A stretch of 63,958 nt of DNA, filler included, from Choristocarpus tenellus KU-1152 (Eukaryota; Protista; Phaeophyceae), in the NCBI GenBank assembly GCA_964200185.2. It is 14 parts of 14 records of this genome, joined end to end, with 100 filler letters (N's around TTAATTAATTAA, not from the genome) between each part and the next. Parts side by side here need not be neighbours in the genome. Positions count along the whole stretch, not along the records: positions 7,051 to 13,678 come from CAXNAD020007719.1; positions 13,779 to 17,907 come from CAXNAD020016070.1; positions 18,008 to 22,767 come from CAXNAD020013159.1; positions 22,868 to 26,777 come from CAXNAD020017206.1; positions 26,878 to 31,922 come from CAXNAD020012059.1; 9 more parts are not named here. One strand, 5' to 3'. Shown one piece after another: positions 13,515 through 26,984 of this stretch. Below the pieces are notes generated by a model. It had not been told where the DNA came from and ran no database searches. It worked only from the letters and a program-made list of their open reading frames with translations. Within the stretch, counting starts at the first letter, position 1. Each line of letters starts with the position of its first letter. The position numbers were made by a program, and so were the translations under genes.

Positions 13515-13678
13515 GACCCTAAGTATCTGGGAGGAGGGGGGGGGTCTACACTAGGGTGTCCATTTGGACCAAAATCAGGAAAAGTGCATTTACAGTATCC
13601 ATCCGACGTATGCAACAAAAAAAAAAAAAAATCGTGACATGAAAAAATTGACCCCAAATGGACAGCCGCTACCCCCTC
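13515..13678 (+). mobile_element. MITE family B, truncated at contig end
   Basis: gaccctaagtatctggg...gtgtccatttggaccaaaatcagg...ccgacgtatgcaac...ccccaaatggacagcc. Confidence 0.9.
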
Positions 13679-16600
13679 NNNNNNNNNNNNNNNNNNNNNN
13701 NNNNNNNNNNNNNNNNNNNNNNTTAATTAATTAANNNNNNNNNNNNNNNNNNNNNNNNNNNNNNNNNNNNNNNNNNNNACCACCAAACATTACACAATAA
13801 ACGATATTGTATACTACAGCACAAGTGAACTGAGAGATGAGGCAGACAGGTGGGAACACGACTCTCAACAACACAGTCTCACACTCTACCCAGCACCCAT
13901 CTTCTGAAGTGCCATGAGTAACACAATCGAGTCATGAAGAAAATTACAGCTAGCTGGGGCAAGAAGACAAGAAGTGTGCATGGAAAAAATGCCAGTACAG
14001 AGCCAAAGGTTCATCAACACCCTGTAGCCTCCTGTTTAGTACCACTCTTGCTTTGTCTGACCCTTAATTCTTGCTATGGGCATCAAAAGGTCGTAATCGT
14101 TTTGATCTTTGGGTGACAAAACTTTATCGTTTGGTGAAAAACTTCTGCCACAATGCCTTTGGTGCTGTTGTGTCAGGCCTGATGTGGCACTACCCATCGC
14201 TCTCATAGAGAAATCAATCTTTGGTGTGACCCTCAGGGCCCACTCCCTCGTCCTCGTCAACGTCCCCGTCCACGTCCACGTCCTCGGTTGGTGTTGCGGC
14301 GTCGTCCCCTTCCCCGGACATTGGGGTTGGACACTGTCCCTGCTACAGCTTCCCCACTGGTAGCCTGGGCATCTGAGGATGGGGATGGACGAGGCACCCT
14401 GCAGAGTGGGGAGAGGGGGCAAGGAATCCAATCACATAAACAATATTCACTCTTGGGGTGAGGGGCAAAGGACTACACCAGATTCATGGACAGGTCACCA
14501 CAAGCTTGACTCCTGGATTGGCTGATCAGCAAGAAGAGAGCTGCAGTGCCAAACCGAATCCTGACTATCCCACAACGACATCAAGTATGTTTGATACTTC
14601 CTGCTTGAGGGTTTCCACAAAGGTCTTGAGATTGGGCTTGGGAGTAAGAGATGGGCATTATCTTTATTAATATGATTATTATTATTATTGTCATATCATA
14701 TCAACAACGGCAGTAATAGAAAAAAAAAAGTGCAAACACTTTGGAGTAACACGACTATATACATTACAGATAAATATTATCAAAACAAATACAAGTACTA
14801 GAAAGAAGAAGATCAGTAAGTATAAATAGGGTACATAGCACAAAAAACACTGTCTATGTATACATGGTGTGGGTATCATACTCAGAAAATGTCACCATAA
14901 CAATAGCAATCAGTGGCCCACCAATGGGGTGGGTTCAAAGGGCCATCAACCAAGGAGAGTTGGAAACACCAAAATTTCTACTTTGAAGGATTGAAAAAAA
15001 TGAAATACTTACAGGTACAGAACCCCAGCACCTCTACCAACTTGGTGTAGGGACAATAGAAACTCTCCAAGGCATCAATGCCCTCCATTCTACAGAAAAG
15101 GGTCTTGCATTCACACCCTGCCTGCTTTGCTTGCCTGGGGTTGGCGGGCCCCCTTGCTACAAAGAAACGCTGTGTTGGTACTCTCTGCTTTCCCATGGGC
15201 ACAGGAATAGGGTTGGGTCCAGTCACCGCAGCCCCAGCACCAGATCCATCCTCAGCCCCACCAGCAGCCCCAGCAGCTCCACCTCCAGCCCCAGTCCCCA
15301 AGTCCTCAGTCCTTGGGTGAGTACTGATCATGGTTGGGTTATTGGTATCCATTGTACCTTCCTCGTCCATGTGCTCTTTTCCTCCCCCAGCTTCACCATC
15401 ACCACCGTCACCCCCAACACCCTTGTCTCCTTCATTCCGGGTTCTCCTCTTCTTCCGGAATACCTGCGTGTGTAGATGTGCATGGTGCAGGGTTGTGACA
15501 TATTTGGATGCTGCAGGTTCATGACTTACAATCATCCAGGGTAACTGAAAATGAAAGTCCCAATCAGGCACCATTGTTCATATACTCATTCCACTCTGAT
15601 TTAATGCAACTTGAGAACCCAAAACCCAAAGAGTTGTTGTTATTGTGTTTCTTATAGGGCGGTAACGGTGTGTGTTCACTCTCTGAGGTAGCACTTGGAA
15701 GCAAGTACTAAAGTGCCATGCAACATTGATCCAATACTGTCCACAAGCATTGCCAAATCCTAAGACCAAGAATATAATACAAACTTCAAGTACGGAGTAG
15801 AATGTGCTCTACTGGAGTAGATCTCAACACACACCCTAACAAAAATTGCAAACAGCTTGCATTGAGGAACTGCAAGAACATGCTGCATCTTCTCCTTCTC
15901 ATAAGGTGCCATTTGCATACACGGTGGAGTCCAAAATTACTCATCATATTTCTCCTAATAACCCTAATGGCAGTGTTATTATTGTCCTAGGAATTTTATG
16001 AAATTGTTTCCACACCTACCTTGGTGAGCAGCCCAACCGCAAAGGGTATGAAGTACACCATAGCCAGCAAGTCCAGAGCGACAAGATGCATCACAGCCAT
16101 GGTAATTAACAAGCCGCATTTCTGCAGGAACAGTGGGGGGCAATGGATAGGGGTGGAGTAGATACGACCAAGTGGAGGCCAACCACATCAATAGGTTGTG
16201 AGACAATTGTGTCACAGGAATGGCTCTGAAGGTGGGAAGCATATGGGAATTGCTATCGTGGAGAGCATGGAGAGAGGGAGCGTTGGGATCACTGCATGCG
16301 TTGGCCCTTCTTCATGGGGACGCGATTTGAGTGATCAAGATCCGGTCTTGGAGGATAGTTTCTGGCGGTTGTGCACTGGATGCAGGAGCAGGCAATCCAA
16401 CGACTAAGAGTGTAATGTGTTGCAAATAGAATATGGCTGCAAGCTCGAAATCCATCTTGATTGAACAGGCACAACTTGGTTTCAGACCACCCATTTTGAT
16501 AATCCGTACTCTCTACGGTCCGAAGTACCTCCAGATTAGGGTGTCTATCGATCTCTTTCTCAACCTGGAGGGTTCTCACATACCTCTCTCATGAAGGTTG

Positions 16601-19017
16601 GGTATTTGGTCTGTCAGAACAGGGGATATACGTAAGAAACAATCTAGGTATGATGTGGCTGTGGGCGTGCCCCACGTGATATAGGACACAAGATCAGTCT
16701 GCATGGACCGCTGGGTGTGGAGGGTGGATGTTACAGGCACAGTATGCAGAGGGCAGTTAGTTCCTCTCATTTGACACTGGACCAAGCATACACAGAACAC
16801 ACATCCGGACTCAACAACTAGTAATCGTTCGTCACCCTACCTTCAAAAAATGAACAAACCCTTTGGCCAGGGCCGCATGATTAAAGAGCAGAGATGGACA
16901 CTCTGGAGAATAGCACTCCAACACGTCCTCCGTGGGGTGGACCTCAACCGTCCACGGCATGGTCACTAGGCCTCCATGGCAGGACAGGATCGTCGGGTTA
17001 CCGCATAGATTACGCACATTTCGAATCGTGAATCCGTTGTATAACTGAGAGATGTGTAATATTGTAAGGGGATCGAAGTCAGCATAATCATGGAATCGAG
17101 GCGTGATTTTGGACTACGTTTTCCTGTCATTGCCAATCCCATCGCCTCTATTCATCATGCAAATTCTTCGAACCCTATCCTTCCCAAGACAGACTTCCAC
17201 AATCGCTTCACGAAATCCTTCCCCCCCTCCTTTCTGCTACATTAGGACGTAAACATTACAACACGAGATGTGGCGAGGTGAGACATATGAGCTTCGGGCT
17301 CGGTTCTCACTACAGGGAGACATTGTGCAGCCTTGGATATGCAATCCTTTTAGTGAAGACTCGCCTTGGCACCGTTGGCCGGTCCAATGGTCAGCGAAGC
17401 AATAAAAAAGACTCGAACCCACATTGAAGTCAGCCACGAACACATCGGTGACATGGCTTGGATACCTCTTGCAGCACCACCACGCTGCCTGATGGATATA
17501 GGTAGCTAGAGGTAATGTAGATATAAAGTGTGGTTGACCCTCAATATCAACAACAAGAAACGTCTTCTTTGTTGTTGATGTCCAGTCGTGAGGACGCTCG
17601 TATGGCATCCATGCGAGAAATGCGCGAGACTTTGTAGGTATTTACAGTTTTTTTTTTCAGTGTAATGTTGGACATTAAACATTGGGTATAGTTGATAGAA
17701 TTGTTGGCTAAAGTCGAAGTATATCAGACTTTTGATGGAATCAATTTTTGGAAATTGAATACCTCCTGAGAAATTGCTCCCTGACCCTCCTGTACTACTA
17801 AACTGAGACAAGGCGTGACTCTGGCACTCACGCAGCATCGAAACACATTATATCTGGACATGGACCAACCAGGAAGAGGGGATCCTCAAAATTGAGGAAG
17901 GCGCGGGNNNNNNNNNNNNNNNNNNNNNNNNNNNNNNNNNNNNNNNNNNNNTTAATTAATTAANNNNNNNNNNNNNNNNNNNNNNNNNNNNNNNNNNNNN
18001 NNNNNNNAGAAAAGAAGAAGAAAAAAAAAAAAAAAAAAAAAAAGAAGGGGGGGGGGGAGGGGGGTATACACGAATACATGGCATGCTTTGTACGACAACT
18101 TTGCCATTTGTATACAAGAAACAATACATTTTTTAAGGGTCAGTTTATTAAAAGGCAGAAAAAAAGTGTAATAAAATATACTAAGTAGTATGCACTATTC
18201 TTGACCAAAATACCTTTAGAACACATAAAATACAAATACACATACACACCACATATTACAAGATGAGGTACTCCTGTCTCCACCATATGAAAACACATAG
18301 GCAAGACTAGTTGATACAATCATAGACCTAGAATTATGTAACGAATCTACTGGAGATAATAATATTTTTATTGGATCTAAAAACAAGAAATATTTCAGCT
18401 GCATTTTATAACCTCTCTTATAATCCAAACACTCTCTCATGATATTACTCATTTCTTATTTCTTATTTTCTTTCAAAAAAATTTCATTATCTGGTCTCAT
18501 GCTTTTCCATATTTGAAGCATATTTTTAAATCTTTCATCGAATTGTTTGAGAATCTTATTTGGAATGGACACAAAAATTACAGAAAAAAAACAAACTTGT
18601 TCTTCATATACAAGAGGTATACCTCCTATATATATATTGCATGCTCCTCTCGTCTAAGTACCCCCCACTGCCCCTAAGAATTTCGCCAACTGCCACGCCC
18701 TTCCAACTCACAGGCCCCAACGAGTTTTGTCTTCAAACCCTCTAGACACAACTGCAGTTGCCTTCCCACTCTCCCATACTCTCCTGTTCATAAAAACCGA
18801 GACCAAAAGAAGACCCAAGAATTTTCCATTCTATGCCCAAATCTTCAGCGCCATAATTTTCCACTATGCCATCACCTATCCCGAAATAACATCGCGTCAG
18901 TATCTGTCACAGGGCGAAAAAAATAAATAAAATAAAAATAAAAATAAACATCCCTAACCCTAATCCTAGCAACACCACCCAAAAAAAAAATCATGAGTCA
19001 GCTGTTTCTATCACCTT

Positions 19018-19146
19018 GTCAAGTTAAGTTAAGTCAAGTTAAGTCAAGTTAAGTCAAGTCAAGTCAAGTCAAGTCAAGTCAAGTCAAGTCAAGTCAAGTC
19101 AAGTCAAGTCAAGTCAAGTCAAGTCAAGTCAAGTCAAGTCAAGTCA
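19018..19146. repeat. (AAGTC)n pentanucleotide microsatellite
   Basis: Direct reading, with a few AAGTT variants at the left. Confidence 0.97.
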
Positions 19147-19637
19147 ACTCTTGCCAAGTCAGGTCAACGACGATTGGAGCTCTTGTTCAATGCCGTGGGT
19201 CTCCTTTCCCTCTCATTCTGAATTGGAAAAAAGGATACTGAAGCACAAAAATAGCTCCAACAATTTCGAGGGTGGTGGGTGGGGGCAAAGTAGAGTTCAA
19301 CATCTACTTCATTTTTGGTATTCGGGGTGAAGCCCTAACCCTACCACAAGTCCAAATCACTCACAAGGGATGGGCATAATGTAGATTCCTACTGGGGGAA
19401 ATTTCTACCATCTAATTGCCCTCTTCTGTACCATTATACACATCTTCGATACCCACACCACCCAACGCCTCTCATCCTCCCTCTAAACCCTTTCACGCTT
19501 ACCACCTCACTAGAAACCCATAATCTTAGCTTGGGCAGGAGGGAGAGGGGAGCGCTCCTGTTCTCCCAGACTACTGATACTAAGTATACATTACTAGACA
19601 CGTTCCACACAAACTTTGAACAAATATCACAACTCAC

Positions 19638-21039
19638 CTGCAGGCGTGTGTTCATTTCACAGAAGAAAAACTCCCTGGTACACCCATCTAGTAGGAACTC
19701 CACCGTACCCGCACCCACGTACCCAACAGCCTTGGCCGCTCTGACAGCTGCCTCCCCAAGGTCTTGCCTTTCTTTCGGGGTGAGTCCTGGTGCAGGGGCC
19801 TCTTCTAGAACCTTCTGGTGACTGCAGAGGGATGAAATGGATTGTTGTCGACATAAAAGGCCGCGATTAGTTTCGATTCGTATCTATTAGTATCTATTAG
19901 TATCTATTAGTATGGATTAGTATCTATTAGTATCAATTAGTATGGATTAGTATCAATTAGTATCAATTACACACTCACGGCAGGCAGTATCACTAGCAGA
20001 CGCAGAACAGAAAAAAAAAACCTTGAAGTAAGAGGACAGGGTCCATGCAATGTATGGCTTCCCACAGAATAATGGGCAGTGCGTGCAAGGATGGATGGAT
20101 GGATGGATGGATGGATGGATGATTGTACGCGTGGATGAAGGGCTGTACAGACCATGGACAGAGTGAAGATCAAAGGGTTTCAAGGGGCGGGTGTATCATA
20201 TAGGTTAACACGAGGAAACGTCCATAGATGGACAGTATGGTAAACTCACAAGCAAGACACGGTATCAATTCTGCACCACGATGATGTCCCTCCGAATCAT
20301 TCAACAGGGTGTATCATATAGGTAGATATCACACTGCACTAATGATTACCAAAACCATGTCAATCTTTCGACAGGTTCTGTTGTGGCAGGTGCAACACAC
20401 TGGAGTCAGTAGACACCTGATGACAACAGGACCACTTCGTGCAACCCATCATGTACTGCAAAGGACAGTATTGTTGGTAGTAGTAGTAATACTAAAATCG
20501 CCACGATTAATATCAGCATCGTCGATATAATAATTATCATTGTCATTATTATTCTCATTTCCATAATATTTCTATTCTATAATAATTATTTAATGGTTTT
20601 GTCATTATTATTCTCATTTCCATAATATTTCTATTCTATAATAATTATTTAATGGTTTTGTCATTATTATTCTCGTTTCCATAATATTTCTATTCTATAA
20701 TGATTATTTAATGGTTTTGTCATTATTATTCTCATTTCCATAATATTTCTATTCTATAATGATTATTTAATGGTTTTGTCATTATTATTCTTACCGCCAC
20801 AATTATTTTATTGCCTTATCACCGTCATTACTATTACCACTATTATTATTATTATTATTAGTAGTAGTAGTAGTAGTATCGTCATCAATATCACTGCTAT
20901 ACAATACAACACACAATACACTACTCCATACCACACTCACCGCCGTTGTACAGAACAATCCCTCTCAAACAGGTGAACCGCATTGCCAAGCATGTCAGCA
21001 AACACCTGTACCTCCACATGCCTCGGGTTTTCCACGTAC
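19638..21039 (-). CDS. MCCC1: Biotin carboxylase domain, most like 3-methylcrotonyl-CoA carboxylase alpha; two internal exons, 20941-21039 and 19638-19821
   Basis: GT-AG exons join in frame to [46 protein letters not shown]...[22 protein letters not shown]...FCEMNTRLQ. Confidence 0.9.
19881..19968. repeat. 10-bp tandem repeat (TATCTATTAG variants), intronic
   Basis: About 9 units read directly. Confidence 0.9.
20540..20792. repeat. 59-bp AT-rich minisatellite, ~4.3 units, intronic
   Basis: ttgtcattattattctcatttccataatatttctattctataataattatttaatggtt is repeated. Confidence 0.93.
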
Positions 21040-23460
21040 CTTTTTCACAACAACAGGAGCCCAACAAAACAAAGCAAAACAAAAAAAAATAGAAAACAAA
21101 ACGCACACCCAGGTGAGAAAAAATGAACCCAAAACAGGATTGACAACTCGATATCATCATACACCGCGGTTCGAGCACAGCATCTGCATCGACCTCTTGG
21201 AAATGCCAACCAATGAAGCACAACTCCTCAAGGGCAGCGGGTACAACACTGCAAAAGATGTTATTGGTTGTATGCGCAGGTAGAGAGGAACTAATGTGGC
21301 ACAGAGAGGAACTAATGTGCTTTGCACCAATAGGACACCATGTATCTCTCGCATTGAGCCAATAGGATGCACTCATCCTGAAACTTTACTCAGTCCCTCA
21401 ACACTGGCATTGTTTAGCCCTGACGGGGATAGAACCGATTATCAAAAGTACCCCATAGAAAGAGAAAAAAGGAACAGTTGTAGCTACTGCTGAAAACGGA
21501 ACCAAACACACACGCCATCCAACCTCTCCCCCGTCCCCCCATCCATACCCACACCTCTCCCAATGTTGTCAATCACCAAAAAAGCACATGATACATGGTT
21601 CCCACTAGCGTACAATTACACCTCTTTTTTTTAATCTGTGTAGGGGAAAAGAAGGGATTGACAGATACTCTCCGGAGAAGACAGCGGATGCAGGCCTCAA
21701 GACTTTAGTTCAGGCTCTTCACTTCACACTGTGCCCTTGCGAGATGAACAGCTCTGTGGCGCAAGAGCTGCCCTCGGCTGATTAGCAGGGGTGGGGCACT
21801 GCTCTGCCCCACCCCATACCAAAGCATACTCTTGCAATTCAAATGATGTGAGAGGCATTGTTCAAACTACTTCTGGGCAACTGCCACAAAAAAATATATA
21901 TTATTTCGATCCACAGCAAGAGGCCGTGGGCCAACTGGTGATTCATAATGTCTCTTTCCAGGCTCCACACGTATCACACTGAAGAAGAGGGGCAGAGTCT
22001 TTGCAAAACCTCAGCTGATGCACATGGGTGCGAATGACCCTAACCCTTCATTATGACACGAAAAAGAACCATAACCTTGATGGGAAAGGCCAATCAGAAG
22101 CCTCGCTCGCAGTCGCACAAACCGTACCATTGCACACTACATCGTATTCAGAAAAGAAAAAAAAAATCTAACAACGAATCTCTAACATGAAACAAACACC
22201 GTGTCTATATTAAAAAAAAAAAAATGTTTTTATTCTTTTCTCATTGAGGTTACACCACCCTGATGTGGGAGAGGGAGAAGAAGTCTCCAATAATTTGATA
22301 AATCCGAACTTGCCCTCAATCGATGCTAATTGTATCGAGCCAGTGTTTCCCCTTCTTATTCCGTGAAAGTATTTGGCCACAATGATATCAGTTTCACAGC
22401 GGAAGGCATTGCACAAACACAAGTTCAAGAAGTCAAACCCTCCCTCAACTACTGCTTCAACAGGCAAGAACAAACGACACATATGAACACTTGGCCATTT
22501 ATCATCAGTATAACAAAAGCAACCAAGGCAATTTATCTTCTGGCATGCAACATAGACAAAAAGAGGTACAATAGCAGATCGTGCAATACAGAAGGGTACA
22601 CTTCGATCAGGTGTACAACGGGCATTGCAATGGCTTCAGCAAGTGTCACCTTTCCAGAAGCATTCGATCATCAGCAAAAGCTGCAGTTGCTTCCCGCCTA
22701 CATGCCTGCAGTGCCCCTATAAAATCCCTGGGTGACCTCACAAGCCTCATGCCCTTCCCCCCACCCCNNNNNNNNNNNNNNNNNNNNNNNNNNNNNNNNN
22801 NNNNNNNNNNNTTAATTAATTAANNNNNNNNNNNNNNNNNNNNNNNNNNNNNNNNNNNNNNNNNNNNTTTTTTTTTTTACTAAAATATGAACACACTCAG
22901 TTTGTAACCAAAAAAAAAATAAATAACAAACACAAAGAGACTAGCTGGGGGGGGGGGGGGATGGGGGTGGTACTTGCCGCAAGTGTGACCATATTGGACA
23001 GACGTATCACCGGAGTGGGGCTCACACTCTCCGGGGCATCAACATCCACTGGCTTGGGCTTGAGCTGCCATTTTATTTACAGGTAGGGTTAGGGTTGACA
23101 TTTGAGGATTGGGAAAGTGAACGACATTTGTGTCTGTGCTCAAGTAATTGATTGGGGTGGGGGGGAGTGCCCAAAGAAAGGGAGGCGATGTACAAAGGAT
23201 GGTGATCAGAAAACATGCAAATAATAATGTAGTGTTATTGCACTCACTACTGTAGAAATAGAACAGGCAACTTTTTTTTTTAATGTTCCCACTCGGTGAC
23301 AAAAACCCACATTCTTTTACTCCAATGCAATCAACTCTAACCCTAACCCTAACCCTGATGATTTTTTTTTATCATCGCACTTAACTACTATCGCACCCCT
23401 GCTCTAACCCTAACCCTATCTCCAAACTCTAATGATTCCTTCATTCACTCACTCACTCAC

Positions 23461-26053
23461 CTTCACAGGCTTCAGCAGTGTGGCAGTCATCATAGCTGGC
23501 ACTCTCTGCACCATGAGCTTGCCTCTCCCAACAGGCAACCCTGCCAGACCTGAGAGTGCCACTTGTGTGCGGTCTGGGTCTGAGTATTCAAATACAGCTG
23601 TCCCCTTGGACTTTCCGGTGGAGTCCTGTACAAGTGCAGTACAGCAGTAAAGTATCAGTACAGTACCAGTCAGTGTTGATGAGATTGGTACAACATGGTA
23701 CCAAGTACAACAACACAGTACCATAACAGTACATTACAGAAATGGTTGGGTTTGGTATGGTGCAGTACCAGTATGGGATAGTACCGTAAGAGTACAGCAC
23801 ATTGACAAAAACGATAGGTACAGCACATTATATGCAGTGGTGGTGCATTAGTAGAGTACAGGTACAGCACTCTATACTAAAGTAATGGTACACTAGTAGT
23901 GGCAGGGCTAACACACTATGTTTGGTACAGTACAGGTATGTAACAAGGATTGAGTAACGAGTTATTAGTCATCGGGGATGACTGAAAGGTTTATTTATCA
24001 CCCCCCCTTCTTGAATGTTGTACCTCACTCCAACTTTCTACCTCCAACATAACTGCGAAGGAATTAATCTACACATTTCAGTAATGCTACAGTTCACTAC
24101 AGGTACAGGATCAGTATGGTGTACCATACTGTTAGAGTACATCACCCTATACGTATCGCTAAGGTTAAGTACAGTAAAAAAAAAGAAGCCGAAATCAGAA
24201 GTGGAATAAAATATGCTAAGATAGACAAGAGTCCAAACCACCAAGCCTTCTATTTTTTTCAGGAAGTATGCTAAGATAGACAAGAGTCCAACCACCAAGC
24301 CCATGATGTATCAGCACCAGCTGAGCTGTATCTATATATTCCCCACATTTTTTCAAAGGGTCATAAGAGCCAGGAAGTAACCAAGCCCTCCACATCTAAG
24401 TCTCTTGTGCCATATGTACATTACAACCCAGCATGTCTTCAGACAAAAACATACATTTCCATGTATCTTTGCAAACCCTCTCTATTCTTGTATAATACAA
24501 CGGACATCTGTAGTACTATGAAACAAAATAACACACGACAACGATTAAATCAGTTACACAAAATAAATAAATAAATTGATTAGTCAAATAGACTAGAATA
24601 GACTAGACTAGACTAGAATAGAACGAAAGGCACAGGAGACCAAAAACTCCAAAGAAGCCTCCCCAGGTCTCAGCAGGCAGAGATCTGTAGTGAGTTGTGG
24701 GTAGTGACACCTTGTGATCAATACGTGGGTTTCATGCAACCTCCAAGACGATCATTAGTCATGCTTCCACTTGTATTGTGATCAAACCCCCCAACCAAAA
24801 AAAATATAAAAAAATTCAGTTCAGTATAGGGTTAGGGTTATTCCAACGAATCAAACCGAAGTTGATTTGAGCAGTCGCGATTGACAACACTACACACATG
24901 TGTTGAACAAACACAATGACGATGCCTCCTTGGTCGTAAAACCCTGCTATGTGCCACGTCCATGCCGCTTTCACACACCAAACTCTCTCAACAACAAAAG
25001 AGAATGCTAAAAAAAAACACGAGACGGACACATAACAATACAATACAACAATCAGCCAGACATGTCCCATCAAACTCACAACAACAAAAAAAAGTCATAA
25101 AAATATCGTTGCAAACCAAGACCCCTTGCAACTTACAGCTAGAATCAGTTCAACCCTCAAATATAGCCAGTTAATTAGCAAGGCCCGCAGCGTATCCGTG
25201 AGGAAATAGGCCCCATGAAAGGTGAGGGGTCCCGATAGAGGCTGGATTTTTTCAAGGCTAACATTGCACACACACACACACACACATACATATGTCCATT
25301 CCATTGTGTGCAATATTTAAACAGGAAAAAAGCAAATCAAACATCCAGAGGCATGTATGCATGGGTATGACGTGAGGACTAAGAGACCAACTAATAAAAC
25401 CAACTATTAAAAAAGCGTTCGGTTGTCAGCCAATCCCGATTCATCATGTGTGACTGATTACAATCCAAAGCCTGTCCACAACTCTACTTACCACAAGCGA
25501 AGCTCAGCTAAAGATTGTGTCAAGTACAGCTACATACACATCACTATCTCCCACAGCTGCACAAGATCGCAGCGAATGATACATTCATTTTGTTTACCTG
25601 TGGGCATCTCCATCTATAAGCCTAACCTATGTACAGGAATGTGCAACGTCAACAAAATCTAAAAATCTCCCCTGCCTTTCAAAAACCAAGTCTGCAATTC
25701 CCAGCCGATTCTTGTTTGTGTCACACAGTAGCACATGAACTAACACCTGCGCACACATCGTGCACAAAACAGTACACCAAACAACTAACGCCTTCCCCTC
25801 CAATAACAACCTCCCTCCAAGACAACATTGACCACTTCACCTTGAGCAGGTTGAAGCGTTTTAGCTCTCCAAATGGACTCAGCAGCTCCCGTACATGATT
25901 GTCAGCTAGAGTGTCCGGGAGGTTCATGACCATGATCACATTGCTCTCCTCCTTCTTTGGCAGCACGTGTGCAGGCGGCAAACCAGCAGCCATCCCAGCA
26001 GACACATTCACCCCCCCTGCCCCAGCCATCATGCCTAAGCCCATCCCTGCCTG
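23461..26053 (-). CDS. U2AF2: Splicing factor U2AF large subunit (RRM2 region); exons 25841-26053 and 23461-23625
   Basis: Exons join in phase 0 to NVIMVMNLPDTLADNHVRELLSPFGELKRFNLLK|DSTGKSKGTAVFEYSDP...ALSGLAGLPVGRGKLMVQR, typical of U2AF65 RRM2. Confidence 0.85.
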
Positions 26054-26481
26054 CTGAACGACATTTTCCCCCCCCCATAAAATAGGATTATAAAAAAAGA
26101 AAGAAAAATAGACGAGGGGTTGGGAAAGTGTGACAATGATATAAAAGCACCTATTTGAATCGCACTAGTATTGTTCTATGTTCTACACATACAAAGTAAA
26201 GATAATTCTTGAAAGAAATCTATAAACAATACTACCACTAACACTATTGGTCTTGGTTTTAAAACATAACCCGAAAAAAATATATATTATTCGCTCAAAA
26301 TTGGTCTTGTGTTCTATCTATTGTACATTTTTTTTTTTACAGTACCTGTAACTGAAGACCTTTCCGTACATAGTAGGAAAGTACCAACTCTGAAGCATGT
26401 TTAAAAAAACAGTAAAAAAATCAAGTAAAACGCAATACTGATTTGTCTCAGAATAGTGGGGTAGGTTAGCCAGGTGTCACA

Positions 26482-26777
26482 ATGCCAAAATATTTTAGAG
26501 GGTAGATCTGCATCCATTCGGGGACCAAAATCCAACGTTGCAATTTTGATGTAATTTTGGCTATCATGTTTGTTAGGAAGTAAGTTTCAGTATCCTTACT
26601 CCGAACACACCATTTCATAATGTACACATTTTACATACTCCGAAACATTTTGGGGTAGGAAAATGTCATTAAAAACCTGTGGGAAGCCAAGCATCATTGG
26701 GCAAATACGCCAAAACTCGTAACCTAACCCTAACCCTAACCCAAAGTATCTTAGAGGGTAGAGCCGCGTCCATTTGG
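26482..26777 (+). mobile_element. Family A copy whose right TIR is replaced by (CCCTAA)n, followed by the left end of another A copy
   Basis: A body 26482-26721, then cctaaccctaaccctaaccc, then aaagtatcttagagggtagagccgcgtccatttgg up to the contig end. Confidence 0.85.
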
Positions 26778-26877
26778 NNNNNNNNNNNNNNNNNNNNNNN
26801 NNNNNNNNNNNNNNNNNNNNNTTAATTAATTAANNNNNNNNNNNNNNNNNNNNNNNNNNNNNNNNNNNNNNNNNNNN

Positions 26878-26981
26878 CAACATTTACAAAAAAAAAAACA
26901 TATCGGCACTTTTTCCCGGTCAATTTTGGGTCAAACCCATCCTCCATAGTACGCTCCATCCTCAATTTTCGAAATCCACTG
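26878..26981. mobile_element. Foldback MITE family C, one arm
   Basis: The reverse complement matches the arm at 57307-57390 (cagtggatttcgaaaattgaggatggagc...gacccaaaattgac). Confidence 0.75.
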
Positions 26982-26984
26982 TTA

